Below, in pieces: positions 17,468 through 27,689 of a DNA stretch of 47,926 nucleotides (positions are counted from its first letter, which is position 1; the number at the start of each line of letters is the position of its first letter). The stretch is from Planctomycetota bacterium (GTDB taxonomy: Bacteria; Planctomycetota; J132): NCBI GenBank assembly GCA_003694635.1, contig RFKQ01000092.1:1-47926 (forward strand), given 5' to 3'. The notes below the pieces were generated by a model, which was given only the letters and a program-made list of their open reading frames with translations, was not told where the DNA came from and searched no databases. The position numbers and the translations under genes were made by a program.

Positions 17468-18650
17468 ATTCTCACTGCGAAATAAACTCCTCAAAGCTAT
17501 GCGCAACTACCTCAAAGAACGTGGAGCCACCCAATTCCAAATCCAATGGCAAACAGAAAAAAACAACGAACCAAAAGAACTCCCCCATCTTCAATGCTCT
17601 TTTGGCCGTAGCCAAATCTATCTAGAAGTGGTGCCCACAAAAGAAGAAATGGTCCACAACCAACCAAGATGGAAGCAAATCTATCACAACCAAAAAGAGA
17701 AATGGGGGATTTTCCTTACCTATAAAAAATTTGGACAAGAGAGTGGAAAAACAATACTCGAACACGCCCTTAAAAACGCCCTAGGAAAATTTTCAAAAAT
17801 CCAAATCTTTACCTACCACCGGGGCAAAATTAGTGGCGATTTTTCACCTATCTATCAGGAGTACGCTATGAATCAACTCGGAAAGCTCCGATTTCAAACC
17901 ACCACCCTGGGCAAAATTCGCGTCGATGGAGGCGTAATGTTCGGAGTGGTCCCCTTCACCCTCTGGAGCAAAAAGGTGAAAGTGGATGAAAACCATACCG
18001 TACTGCTCGGCCTAAACCCCCTGGTTGTGCAAGAGGGAAATACCATCACCCTCGCCGATACTCCCGGGCCTGCACAAAAAATCTTAGATTTTTTGCAAAG
18101 CCTAGAACTTACCCCCGCCGATGTCCATTACGTCTTCCTTAGCCACCTCCACTGGGACCACACCTACGGAATCCTGAACGAAAGAGGGAAAATCCTCTTC
18201 CCGCACGCCAAAATCTTTCTGCAAAAGAAAGAGTGGGAATTCGCCAATAATCCACCTCCGCGATGCCAAAATGACTTTGATAAGGACGTCTTAAATGCCC
18301 TCCAAAACTCCCCCCAACTCGAGCTCCTAGACGGCTCCACCACCCTCGAGGGATCCCTAAAAGCTACCCTCACCGGCGGACATACCCCCGGCCACCAAAT
18401 CGCCCAGTGGCAAGACCAAGCCAACCTAATCTTTGCCGCCGACCTTATCCCTACCACCGCCCACCTCCGACTGCCCTATATCTCCAGCTTGGATATAGAA
18501 CCCAAAACAAGCTACGATGCCAAAAAACAATTGCTAGAAAATATCTCCCCCCAAGACGTCATCGCCTTTTTCCACGACGTCCATATCCCCTTAGCTTCCA
18601 TAGAAAAAGAAAGTGGAGCGATTCAACCATTCCCCACTTCCCCAAAATAA
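17454..18650 (+). CDS. MBL-fold metallo-hydrolase (YtnP/AHL-lactonase-like) with an extra N-terminal domain
   Basis: DGGVMFGVVP, SHLHWDH, GGHTPGHQ, ADLIPT, FFHD. There is an in-frame internal RBS plus ATG at 17868. Confidence 0.85.
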   Translation: MQMAKFSLRNKLLKAMRNYLKERGATQFQIQWQTEKNNEPKELPHLQCSFGRSQIYLEVVPTKEEMVHNQPRWKQIYHNQKEKWGIFLTYKKFGQESGKTILEHALKNALGKFSKIQIFTYHRGKISGDFSPIYQEYAMNQLGKLRFQTTTLGKIRVDGGVMFGVVPFTLWSKKVKVDENHTVLLGLNPLVVQEGNTITLADTPGPAQKILDFLQSLELTPADVHYVFLSHLHWDHTYGILNERGKILFPHAKIFLQKKEWEFANNPPPRCQNDFDKDVLNALQNSPQLELLDGSTTLEGSLKATLTGGHTPGHQIAQWQDQANLIFAADLIPTTAHLRLPYISSLDIEPKTSYDAKKQLLENISPQDVIAFFHDVHIPLASIEKESGAIQPFPTSPK

Positions 18651-18659
18651 GGAGAACAC

Positions 18660-19898
18660 ATGCTAGCGGAAATTATCTCCACAGGCGCAGAACTCCTCAC
18701 CGGTGCCACCCTAGATACCAACGCCCATTACCTCGCCAAAGAACTCCAGCCCCTAGGCATCCAAGTCCAACGCATCACCACCATAGGCGATGAAGAAGAA
18801 GTCCTGAGAAAAGCTTTTCAAGAAGCTAGTCAACGCTCCAAGCTCTGCCTAGTCACGGGCGGACTTGGCCCCACAGACGACGATCGAAGCGCCCAAGCCG
18901 CCGCTCAAGCCGCCGGCACAGAACTGGAACCCAATCCCACAGCTCGTAAATACATGGAGGAATTCTTCCGCACCCTCTCGCGTCCACTCACCTCCACAGA
19001 TGCCAAACAAGCCCTCCTACCAAAAGGCGCAGAAGCTATCCCTAACCCCAAAGGCACAGCGGTAGGCTTCTCCCTCCAAATCCATCAATGCCACTTCTAC
19101 TTTATGCCCGGCGTCCCTCAAGAAATGAAGGCCATGTTCGAAAAATATGTCCTGCCCAAAATAAAAAACACCCTACAAACTCCCCACCATGGCCTTCAAA
19201 CCCTCACCCTCTTCGGCTGCCGTGAAGCAGAAGCCGCTGAAATCCTCAACGACTTCCCCCAACTCTTCCCCCAAATCCAACTCGGCTACCGAGTCCACTT
19301 CCCCCAAATCCAACTCAGGCTCTACTACCCCCCCAAAGCCAATTTACAAAATGCACTCGATTGGCTCAAACAAAAAGTAGGAAAGTGGATCGTCTCTTGG
19401 CAAGGACGCTTCCTAGAAGAAGAAGTCCCCCATCTACTCCAAAAATTGGGGCTGAAAATAGCCGTGGCGGAAAGCTGTACCGGCGGACTTGTCTCTGATC
19501 TTCTGACCAATTTTCCGGGAAGCTCCCAATTTTTCTTGGGCTCGGTGGTCGCCTACTCCAACTCCCTCAAACAACACCTCCTCAACGTCTGCCCACAAAC
19601 CCTTCAAAAATACGGAGCCGTCTCCCAAGAAGTAGCTACCCAAATGGCCAAAGGCATCCAAAAACATAGCCAAGCCGACCTAGGCCTCGCCACAACCGGT
19701 ATCGCCGGACCTAGCGGCGGCAGTGAACAAAAACCAGTAGGAACCATTTGCATCGCCATCGCCTACCAAAACCTTAGCCATAGCTGGCGCTTCTGTGTGG
19801 ATTTTCGCGAAAGAGAAAAAAATAAACTCTTCTTCGCCACAATGGCACTAGAGTCCCTGAGGCGCCATATCTGCAAAAAATATAACCTCAAAACCTAA
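18660..19898 (+). CDS. cinA: CinA (molybdopterin-binding-like domain plus NMN deamidase PncC)
   Basis: GAELLTG..DTN, TGGLGPTDDD, MPGVPQEM, AESCTGG, GAVS, TGIAGPSGG. Confidence 0.95.
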   Translation: MLAEIISTGAELLTGATLDTNAHYLAKELQPLGIQVQRITTIGDEEEVLRKAFQEASQRSKLCLVTGGLGPTDDDRSAQAAAQAAGTELEPNPTARKYMEEFFRTLSRPLTSTDAKQALLPKGAEAIPNPKGTAVGFSLQIHQCHFYFMPGVPQEMKAMFEKYVLPKIKNTLQTPHHGLQTLTLFGCREAEAAEILNDFPQLFPQIQLGYRVHFPQIQLRLYYPPKANLQNALDWLKQKVGKWIVSWQGRFLEEEVPHLLQKLGLKIAVAESCTGGLVSDLLTNFPGSSQFFLGSVVAYSNSLKQHLLNVCPQTLQKYGAVSQEVATQMAKGIQKHSQADLGLATTGIAGPSGGSEQKPVGTICIAIAYQNLSHSWRFCVDFREREKNKLFFATMALESLRRHICKKYNLKT

Positions 19899-19912
19899 AG
19901 GACAACAGATCC

Positions 19913-22900
19913 ATGAGGGATACACGTTCCTATAGCCTAAAAGAAGTCCAACAAAAACTCCAACAACTTAAAGAAGAACTTGGAAAAATGGACCAACTAG
20001 ACCTAGCGCAGTGCTGGGAACGACTCCAACTGGCTATGTCCCTCGAAGCAGCGGCCCGCTACCAACAGGCAAATGAACTCCATCAAGAAGCCATTAGCCT
20101 AAGAACCCAAATCCGCCTAATCGTGGAAAGACAAGCGGAAAACGCAGATCCAGCCCTGGTCGACGAATTCTTAAACGAACGCCACGAAACCCTATTGCTC
20201 GAAATTCAAGAACAATCCGACGATATCCAAACGCAAATCAAAAACCTCTACCGAATACGCGATGAAATCCTATGGCTCATTCGACTATCCGAAAAACGTC
20301 AAGGTATCGTGCCCGAAAACCCTTTAACCTACATCGAAGAAGAATTGGAACGACTGGATGAGCAAATACGACAGCTGGAAAAACAACAATGGGACACCAA
20401 AACCGTAAAACTGGATAAAATTCACTGCGAAGAAGAACTTTTAACTGCACAAATAGAAGACCTAACCCGTATCGTGGAACAAAATCAAAATTACTCTCCC
20501 CAAGAATGGTTCCTAGTCTTCCAACGCTCCCACCACCTCCAGCGAAGCGCCAAATGGGCCCTAACAATGAATTGCCAACAAGAAAGATCCGCACAGAAAC
20601 TAAAAAATGCCTGCCAACTCCTAGAACAAAAACAAACTAAACTCCTAGAATACCTCCACCCCCAAAAAGAAGAATTTAAATCCCAATGCCTTGAGCTTTT
20701 CCTAGAATATGCCAATGGACTCAAAGTAAAAGTGGAAGAAATACCCCTACAAAAAGCCGTGGCAACCCTCCACTATTTCCAAAAAGAAATCCAAGAAGCC
20801 TACCACTTCCTCCCTCAAGATGAAAAAACAAAAGCTAAAAAATTAAAAAAACTAGAAAAATACGCCCGCACCGAAGCAATGGAAAAAGCTCTACAACATC
20901 GCCTAGAAAATATCTTTGGATACCGCTTCGTCAGCTTCTTTGAAAACCTTATCCTCTTCCTCATCCTAGCTGTCATCGCCCTCATGGTGGTGGAGGAAAC
21001 CGTGGACCTAACCCTCTCCCAACGCCTAACTCTAATGTGGACCGACGTGGGAATTTGCGCCATATTCCTCCTAGAATTTTTTACCAAACTTTTTTTGTCT
21101 AATAATAAATTCTTGTATTTTAAAAACCACTTTCTCTTTGACTTTCTGCCCTCCATCCCCTTCAGCCTCCTAACTTTGGCTGAAGCAGATGTCCTTCGAG
21201 CCGGCCGACTAGCCCGATTGGGCAGACTAACCCGAATGTTGCGCTACATACGCGTGGCACGCCCGTTTGTCCGATTATTTCGCCTCTTCCTGCTACTGGT
21301 GAGAATCCTAGACCGAGCTGTCAAACAATACTCCTCTCTTCTAAATAAAGAAATTGTCATCTTTAGCCAAAAACCCTTCCAACCTAAAGAAACAAAAAAC
21401 ACCCTCGAAAAACTCTTTCAACTCCAACAAACCACCAGTCGCCGCATCTGGCTAGCTCTACAAATTATCCCAGAAAAAGAAAAACTGGAAATTCTACAAT
21501 GGAGAATCCTCCGCCTACACCTCCTATTGGATAAAACCTCCCTTGGAGAAGGCAAATACCGTACCTTCCTAGACGATAAAATCACCAAAAATCAAGCAAT
21601 CCAAGAGGTCTCCTTAGAAAGCATTATCTACGAAATGACCCACATGGATGCCAATAAAGTACAAGAAATTCTGGGAAGACATGCCTGCCTAACCGCAGCT
21701 CGCTACCTAAAACTATTCAACGTTCCCATTGTCCGTAAACTCCCCCTAATTCGCAAAATCTGCCAAAATATGGAAAAACTAAATTCCTTCGAAATCACCG
21801 CCCAAACTGGAAGAGAAATCGGGCTGGCCCTGCAAAAAATCCTCGAAGCCATCTACTACCTAGCCGACTTTCACGGTATTGTAACCGCGCCTCAACTTTT
21901 AGATCGAGTAGGCAAAAGCTTCGTAAAAGCAACACAACGCCCAGCAATACGCCTAATCATTTTGGGAACCATCTTCTTCCTCCTACAAGGACTCGCCCAC
22001 CTAATCAAAATTCCCGCCCTTATCCACGCCACCAGCTTCCTAAGCCAAACCCTAGGTACTCCCATCATTATCCTAGGAATCCTCTGCGCCGTCCCCCTCG
22101 CCCTAGGCTACTGGTTTCTGGCAATCGCCGGGCAAGCCTCCTTCTTCTATGACCGCGTCGCAGAAGCCCAATACATCAACCTGCTAAAAGAACTCAAAAT
22201 AAAAAATTCTCAACGAGACCTAAATGTACTCTACAAAAGAGTCCTCCAAGGTGAAGAACTAGAACGAGATACCCTCTATAACAAAAATGATTTCTTCCAA
22301 CTAGTGGCCGAAAGCGCCAATATCCACACAAATAAAAAAAAATCTCATCACATATTCTGGGAAGAAGCCCAACGAATCACCCTCCTCTACCGAGATTACC
22401 TCGACGGTGCTACCCTCCATCACTCCGACGTGAAAACCTGTGAGCAACTCCTAGGAAACCTAACCATCGATGGAATCAAACGGTTTAAACTCAAATACAG
22501 TAAAAAAGAATTAAAACAACTGGAAAACCTAGATCTAAAAGAAAGTAAAAGAATTTTTGGCCCTTATATCTGGTTCCACTTTATCACCCACTCCCTCGCC
22601 CAACGCTCCGCAAGACTCCTAGTAGAATACAATCAAAACTGCTTCCCCCTCAGCGACCTCCCTCACCTAAGTCCCGAAGAAAAAACATCCATGCAAGCCT
22701 GGCTCGAAAGAAAAAAAAATCCTCAACCCCACCCCCCTACAACCAAAGAAATAAAACAAATTTCCAACCTCTACCGCACCACAGAATTCAATGCACTCTA
22801 CTTCCTAAGCAAAGATCCACAACGAGAAAAATATATCCAACAACAATTTGGACAAGATATCTATCACCTCCTCTGCCAAGATAGAAAAGCCATGTTCCGC

Positions 22901-23911
22901 GATATCTTCGGCTCCTATCCCCTCCATCATCTCCCCAAAAAATGGCGCGTCCTCAACCCCTTTCAACTGTACTCAGACTACTGCTCCCAGGGAAAAATTT
23001 TTCTCCTCCCCGTCTACTTTCTCTACCTCGGAAGCATTGCTCTAAAGTTGGCCATAAAAAAATTATTGCAAGCCATCCGGGATATTCTCCACCCCAACCT
23101 CACTCCCTTACACTTTGAAAAACTCCACAGCGGCTTCCATGTAGCCGTCAGAAAAATCAACCGAATGCGCAAACCTATCTACATGGAAATCCTAAAAATG
23201 CGAGCCCTCTTCGATCACGAATACCTCGCCATCCCTACCCCTACCTACCCCCTTCCGTTCGAAGAAAATATTGAAGATGATTTAAACTTCATCAGCGCCA
23301 CATTTGAAGAGCGACAATTCTTTGAACAACTCATCCAACAACGTGAAAAATCTATCCAACAACTCAAAACCTTTTTGGAAGAAGAAAAACTTCTCAACAA
23401 AGACCTAGAAAACTTCTTGCTCAACCTACCTAACGGAAGACAACTCGTTTCAAATAAATATCGCATCCTGCGAAATTTAACCATCGCCTACCTTATCAAT
23501 TCCAACCAACTCGCCACCCACTGCCACGAATACCTCACCGTCAAACACTTCTTCCTAGACTCCCTCCACAAACAAAACTCCCTAAAACCCACCCCTCCCC
23601 TCTTCGCCAGCCACAGAAAAAAACAACTCTTCGAAAATATCACCAACTGCCTATCCATCACCTTCCCCAAACAAACCCAAAAATACCAAACAATGCGAGC
23701 CTTCCTAAAAAACAAACAAATTCAACATGCCGCCCAAAATGTCCTAAAATTTAACGGCCTAAAAGGAATCCTAGAAACCATCCGACAAATTTGCCAACAC
23801 TGGCACATCTGGAACGAAGAACTCCTTACCCTGCGAACCCTCCAAACCCTCTCCGTAATGGATATCCAAAACTATAGAGAAATCGTTCACCAAATGGGGG
23901 AATATCCATAA
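19913..23911 (+). CDS. Giant membrane protein with an Ion_trans voltage-sensor (S1-S4) domain
   Basis: S1 FENLILFLILAVIALMVVE, S2 DVGICAIFLLEFF, S3 FDFLPSIPF, S4 RAGRLARLGRLTRMLRYIRVAR; coiled-coil-like N-terminus. Confidence 0.8.
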   Translation: MRDTRSYSLKEVQQKLQQLKEELGKMDQLDLAQCWERLQLAMSLEAAARYQQANELHQEAISLRTQIRLIVERQAENADPALVDEFLNERHETLLLEIQEQSDDIQTQIKNLYRIRDEILWLIRLSEKRQGIVPENPLTYIEEELERLDEQIRQLEKQQWDTKTVKLDKIHCEEELLTAQIEDLTRIVEQNQNYSPQEWFLVFQRSHHLQRSAKWALTMNCQQERSAQKLKNACQLLEQKQTKLLEYLHPQKEEFKSQCLELFLEYANGLKVKVEEIPLQKAVATLHYFQKEIQEAYHFLPQDEKTKAKKLKKLEKYARTEAMEKALQHRLENIFGYRFVSFFENLILFLILAVIALMVVEETVDLTLSQRLTLMWTDVGICAIFLLEFFTKLFLSNNKFLYFKNHFLFDFLPSIPFSLLTLAEADVLRAGRLARLGRLTRMLRYIRVARPFVRLFRLFLLLVRILDRAVKQYSSLLNKEIVIFSQKPFQPKETKNTLEKLFQLQQTTSRRIWLALQIIPEKEKLEILQWRILRLHLLLDKTSLGEGKYRTFLDDKITKNQAIQEVSLESIIYEMTHMDANKVQEILGRHACLTAARYLKLFNVPIVRKLPLIRKICQNMEKLNSFEITAQTGREIGLALQKILEAIYYLADFHGIVTAPQLLDRVGKSFVKATQRPAIRLIILGTIFFLLQGLAHLIKIPALIHATSFLSQTLGTPIIILGILCAVPLALGYWFLAIAGQASFFYDRVAEAQYINLLKELKIKNSQRDLNVLYKRVLQGEELERDTLYNKNDFFQLVAESANIHTNKKKSHHIFWEEAQRITLLYRDYLDGATLHHSDVKTCEQLLGNLTIDGIKRFKLKYSKKELKQLENLDLKESKRIFGPYIWFHFITHSLAQRSARLLVEYNQNCFPLSDLPHLSPEEKTSMQAWLERKKNPQPHPPTTKEIKQISNLYRTTEFNALYFLSKDPQREKYIQQQFGQDIYHLLCQDRKAMFRDIFGSYPLHHLPKKWRVLNPFQLYSDYCSQGKIFLLPVYFLYLGSIALKLAIKKLLQAIRDILHPNLTPLHFEKLHSGFHVAVRKINRMRKPIYMEILKMRALFDHEYLAIPTPTYPLPFEENIEDDLNFISATFEERQFFEQLIQQREKSIQQLKTFLEEEKLLNKDLENFLLNLPNGRQLVSNKYRILRNLTIAYLINSNQLATHCHEYLTVKHFFLDSLHKQNSLKPTPPLFASHRKKQLFENITNCLSITFPKQTQKYQTMRAFLKNKQIQHAAQNVLKFNGLKGILETIRQICQHWHIWNEELLTLRTLQTLSVMDIQNYREIVHQMGEYP

Positions 23912-23979
23912 CCTTCCCATGGTAAGGGAAACCCTTTTCATACTTTCCCCTAAAAACCCCTTTTCCAAAACTTCCCTTC

Positions 23980-24022
23980 CTCGGAACCTTTTTGAAAAAA
24001 GGTTCCGAACTTCCAAAAACTT
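23980..24022. repeat. REP-like palindromic dispersed repeat, copy 1 (may act as a bidirectional terminator)
   Basis: ctCGGAACCTTTTTgAAAAAAGGTTCCGaacttccaaaaactt; lies between convergent genes; near-identical copy at 34463. Confidence 0.75.
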
Positions 24023-24034
24023 CTCCCAAAAACT

Positions 24035-25459
24035 TTACAAAGAGTAAAGCTCATTGGAAAAATAGCGCAAAAAAGCCTCCACCAACTCAGGCGATGAGGA
24101 ATTGAGCATCTGATGAATACCTGCCATCCGCGAAGGAAGCCTCCCCTCCCTAATCCCCACCATCTCCAAAAAAGCCCCCATACTCACCTCGTCCAAATCC
24201 TCCACCTTCAGCTCACCTAAATCCACCTCCTCGGGAGGTGGCAATCTCCGAGCACTCTCCACACTTTCCTCCAAATCCTCTAAAAATGGATCCACCAAGG
24301 AAAAATGAGCCGCAGTAATACTAAGGTGAAAATTCTCCTTTCCCCCTCCCCTCGCAAACTGCGGCTGTATATACCAACCCCTTGCACGCATCTCATCAAT
24401 AATATGGAAAACATTCACCTCATCAGACGCCACAGCTAAAAGACTCATCTCCGGCTCCCCCAAAATATACAACCCCCCTATCCTCTCAATCCCCTGAGAA
24501 ATCTTTTCGGTGGCTACCAACGTCTTTCTGGATAACTCCAAATAACCCTCCTCACCAAGATAATTTAATAGCGCCCAACACGAGGCCAATGGACCACCCG
24601 ATTTGGAACTCTGAACAGTCGGATTTACCATCGCATAACCGGTCCAATGGGAACAAGTGAAAATCTGATATTTGCGCAACCCCTTGTCTCGATAAAGAAC
24701 CACTGAAGCCCCTTTGGCAGCATAAGCATACTTGTGAAAATCCATCGAAATCGAACTAACTCCCTCTACAGAAAAATCAAACGAAGGAATATCCCGCCCC
24801 AACTTGCGCCAAAAAGGAAGCAAAAAACCCCCAATACAAGCATCCACATGAAAGTAAATATTGTTTTCCAATGCCAATTGACCAATTTCCTCAATGGGAT
24901 CGATCACCCCGTGAGAATACGACGGCGCTGACGCTACCAATAAAAACGTAGATTCTGTGATAGCATCCTTCATGGCCTCCACATCCGCTTTAAACGTCCG
25001 CGGATCTACCGGCACAACGATCGCTTCCACATCCAAGTAGTGAGCCGCTTTGTGAAACGCCGCATGCGCAGTAACAGGTAAAATCATCTGAATCTGCGTC
25101 AGATGCGGATTTTCCTCTCGAAACTTGTCCCTAGCCGCCTTTACCGCCAAAAAAATACTCTCCGTCCCACCACTGGTGAAATTCCCTACCACCTCCCCAT
25201 CCCCTTGCAAATGAGAAGCCGCAATGGCCACCACCTCCCTCTCCATCTCAAGCAGACTGGGAAAAACCGTTGGATCCAACGCATTCTCTGTCAAAAAAGA
25301 AGTATACGCCTGCCGAATTACCTCCCGCACCTCCTCGTCCACATCAAAAATATACCCAAAAATCCTTCCCTCCCGCCAAGGATGATCGTTTTGACGATAG
25401 CGCTGCATCCTCTCAAAAAGAGAATCCCGATCCAATCCTTTCAAAGGTAGCCTCACCAT
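24035..25459 (-). CDS. PLP-dependent decarboxylase/lyase, sphingosine-1-phosphate lyase-like
   Basis: NALDPTVFPS, TSGGTESI, AHAAFHKAA, HVDACIGGF, DFHKYAYAAKGASV (PLP lysine). Confidence 0.88.
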   Translation of the reverse strand: MVRLPLKGLDRDSLFERMQRYRQNDHPWREGRIFGYIFDVDEEVREVIRQAYTSFLTENALDPTVFPSLLEMEREVVAIAASHLQGDGEVVGNFTSGGTESIFLAVKAARDKFREENPHLTQIQMILPVTAHAAFHKAAHYLDVEAIVVPVDPRTFKADVEAMKDAITESTFLLVASAPSYSHGVIDPIEEIGQLALENNIYFHVDACIGGFLLPFWRKLGRDIPSFDFSVEGVSSISMDFHKYAYAAKGASVVLYRDKGLRKYQIFTCSHWTGYAMVNPTVQSSKSGGPLASCWALLNYLGEEGYLELSRKTLVATEKISQGIERIGGLYILGEPEMSLLAVASDEVNVFHIIDEMRARGWYIQPQFARGGGKENFHLSITAAHFSLVDPFLEDLEESVESARRLPPPEEVDLGELKVEDLDEVSMGAFLEMVGIREGRLPSRMAGIHQMLNSSSPELVEAFLRYFSNELYSL

Positions 25460-25480
25460 CTGTCCTCCTCCTTAAAAATC

Positions 25481-27196
25481 TTACAACTTGCTACTTTTTT
25501 TCGTATTTCTCCCCTTCGCCTGCTTCTGAAGCTTGGCCCAAGTGTCCCTCAACGTAGCTGTGCGATTAAAAACCAAACCATTCTCCGTAGAATCCGGATC
25601 CAGCACAAAATACCCCAAACGCTCAAACTGATAGTATTCCCCCAACTTCGCCTCGGACAAACTAGGCTCCAAAGGACAGCTCTTTAAAACCACAAGAGAA
25701 TCCGGGTTGACAGCGGAGAGAAAATCCTCCTCCTCTTCCGGATTTTCCTTGATAAATAAATGCTCGTAAAGCCGAACCTCCGCAAAAACCGCATGCCTAG
25801 CACTCACCCAATGCAAAGTACCCTTTACCTTTCGACCATCGGGAGAATCTCCCCCTCTGGTCTGTGGATCGTAAGTGCAACGCACCTCCTGGATATTGCC
25901 CGCCTCATCTTTGACCACCTCCTGGCAGGTGATATAATACCCATAGCGCAAACGCACCTCCCTACCCGGGGCTAGACGGAAAAATTTTTTGGGCGGATCC
26001 TCCATAAAATCGCTCTGTTCAATGTAAAGCTCCCGACTAAATGGAATCTCTCGAACCCCCGAAGATGGGTCTTCGGGATTGTTGATGGCCTCCAACCACT
26101 CCTCCTTGTCCTCGGGATAATTGGTGATCACCACCCTCAACGGACGCAATACCCCCATCACACGCTTGGCGCGCTTGTTTAAATCCTCCCGCAAACAATG
26201 CTCCAACAACGCATACTCCACCGTGTTCTCTCGCTTGGAAACCCCCACCTTTTCGGAAAACATCCGGATAGACTCCGGCGTATAGCCCCGCCGGCGAAGC
26301 CCCGCAATCGTGGGCATGCGGGGATCATCCCAACCGCGAACAATTTTCTTCTCCACCAAAATCCCTAGCTTGCGCTTGCTCATCACCGTGTAGCTCAGGT
26401 TCTTCCGAGCAAACTCAATCTGCTGCGGATGGTAAAGCTCAAGCTCATCCAAAAACCAATCGTAGAGCGGACGATGATTTTCAAACTCCAACGTGCAAAG
26501 AGAATGGGTGATCCCCTCAAACGAATCGCTCATACAGTGAGTGTAATCGTACATGGGATAAATGCACCACTTCTCTCCCGTGCGATAATGAGGCACGTGC
26601 ATGATACGGTAAATCACCGGATCCCGCATATTTAAATTTGGCGAAGCCATATCAATCTTGGCGCGCAATACCTTCTCTCCATCCCTGTACTTGCCCTGAC
26701 GCATCTCCTGAAAAAGGCGTAAATTCTCCTCAACGCTCCGATTCCTATAGGGACTCTCCCTCCCCGGCTCCGTCAACGTCCCCCGGTACTGGCGAATCTC
26801 CTCCGCACTCAAATCACAAACATAGGCCTTACCCCGCTTGATCAGCTCCATAGCATATTCATAAAGCTTTTCAAAATAATCCGAAGCAAAATACATCCTA
26901 TCCCCCCAATCAAACCCCAACCAACGCACATCCTCCTGAATCGCGCGCACGTACTCCTCACTCTCTTTGGTGGGATTGGTGTCATCAAAACGCAAATTGC
27001 ACAGCCCCCCATACTCCTGGGCAATGCTAAAGTTCAAACATATCGTCGTGGCATGCCCAATATGCAAATAACCATTGGGCTCCGGAGGAAAACGTGTGTG
27101 CACCCGGCCACCATATTTCCCCGTATCTAAATCTCTATCGATGATTTGACGAATAAAATCTTTGGACTTTTGAGCTTCTCTTTTCTTTTCCATCAC
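25481..27196 (-). CDS. glnS: Glutaminyl-tRNA synthetase
   Basis: [48 protein letters not shown]-type YQFERLGYF. Confidence 0.97.
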   Translation of the reverse strand: MMEKKREAQKSKDFIRQIIDRDLDTGKYGGRVHTRFPPEPNGYLHIGHATTICLNFSIAQEYGGLCNLRFDDTNPTKESEEYVRAIQEDVRWLGFDWGDRMYFASDYFEKLYEYAMELIKRGKAYVCDLSAEEIRQYRGTLTEPGRESPYRNRSVEENLRLFQEMRQGKYRDGEKVLRAKIDMASPNLNMRDPVIYRIMHVPHYRTGEKWCIYPMYDYTHCMSDSFEGITHSLCTLEFENHRPLYDWFLDELELYHPQQIEFARKNLSYTVMSKRKLGILVEKKIVRGWDDPRMPTIAGLRRRGYTPESIRMFSEKVGVSKRENTVEYALLEHCLREDLNKRAKRVMGVLRPLRVVITNYPEDKEEWLEAINNPEDPSSGVREIPFSRELYIEQSDFMEDPPKKFFRLAPGREVRLRYGYYITCQEVVKDEAGNIQEVRCTYDPQTRGGDSPDGRKVKGTLHWVSARHAVFAEVRLYEHLFIKENPEEEEDFLSAVNPDSLVVLKSCPLEPSLSEAKLGEYYQFERLGYFVLDPDSTENGLVFNRTATLRDTWAKLQKQAKGRNTKKSSKL

Positions 27197-27206
27197 AGCG
27201 AAACCT

Positions 27207-27653
27207 CTATTTACTCAAGCGAATATTGGTAATGGAGAGACGTTGACAGGTGATTTTCAAAAGCTCTAAAAGCATTTTGGCAGTGATCTTTGCCGATTTC
27301 TCCAGCAATTTCTGCATATGATCGGTGGTGATCGCATAAAGATACGTGTCCCGAACAGCCACAGCCTTGGCAGAACGCCTCGATTTTGTGGCAAAACTCC
27401 CCTCTCCAAAAACATCCCCCGGGCCCAAAATCGCCAAAACCTCCTCCAAACCCTCCCTATTCTCCAACAAAATCTCCACCTCCCCCGTCAAAATAATGTA
27501 GAGGGCCTCGCCCGGATCCCCCTTCAAAAATACACAATCCCCGCGATTGTAACGGTTGATCACCCCCTCATTCAAAAGAACACGAACCTCTCCTTCTTCA
27601 AAATTGGAGAAAAACTTGTTCTTTCTCGCTAAAATTGATGAATTTAACTCCAT
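27207..27653 (-). CDS. Stand-alone cyclic nucleotide-binding domain protein
   Basis: [33 protein letters not shown]; no HTH domain. Confidence 0.88.
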   Translation of the reverse strand: MELNSSILARKNKFFSNFEEGEVRVLLNEGVINRYNRGDCVFLKGDPGEALYIILTGEVEILLENREGLEEVLAILGPGDVFGEGSFATKSRRSAKAVAVRDTYLYAITTDHMQKLLEKSAKITAKMLLELLKITCQRLSITNIRLSK

Positions 27654-27689
27654 CCTCTTCCCTTTCCAAAAAAATAAAGACAAAAAAAA

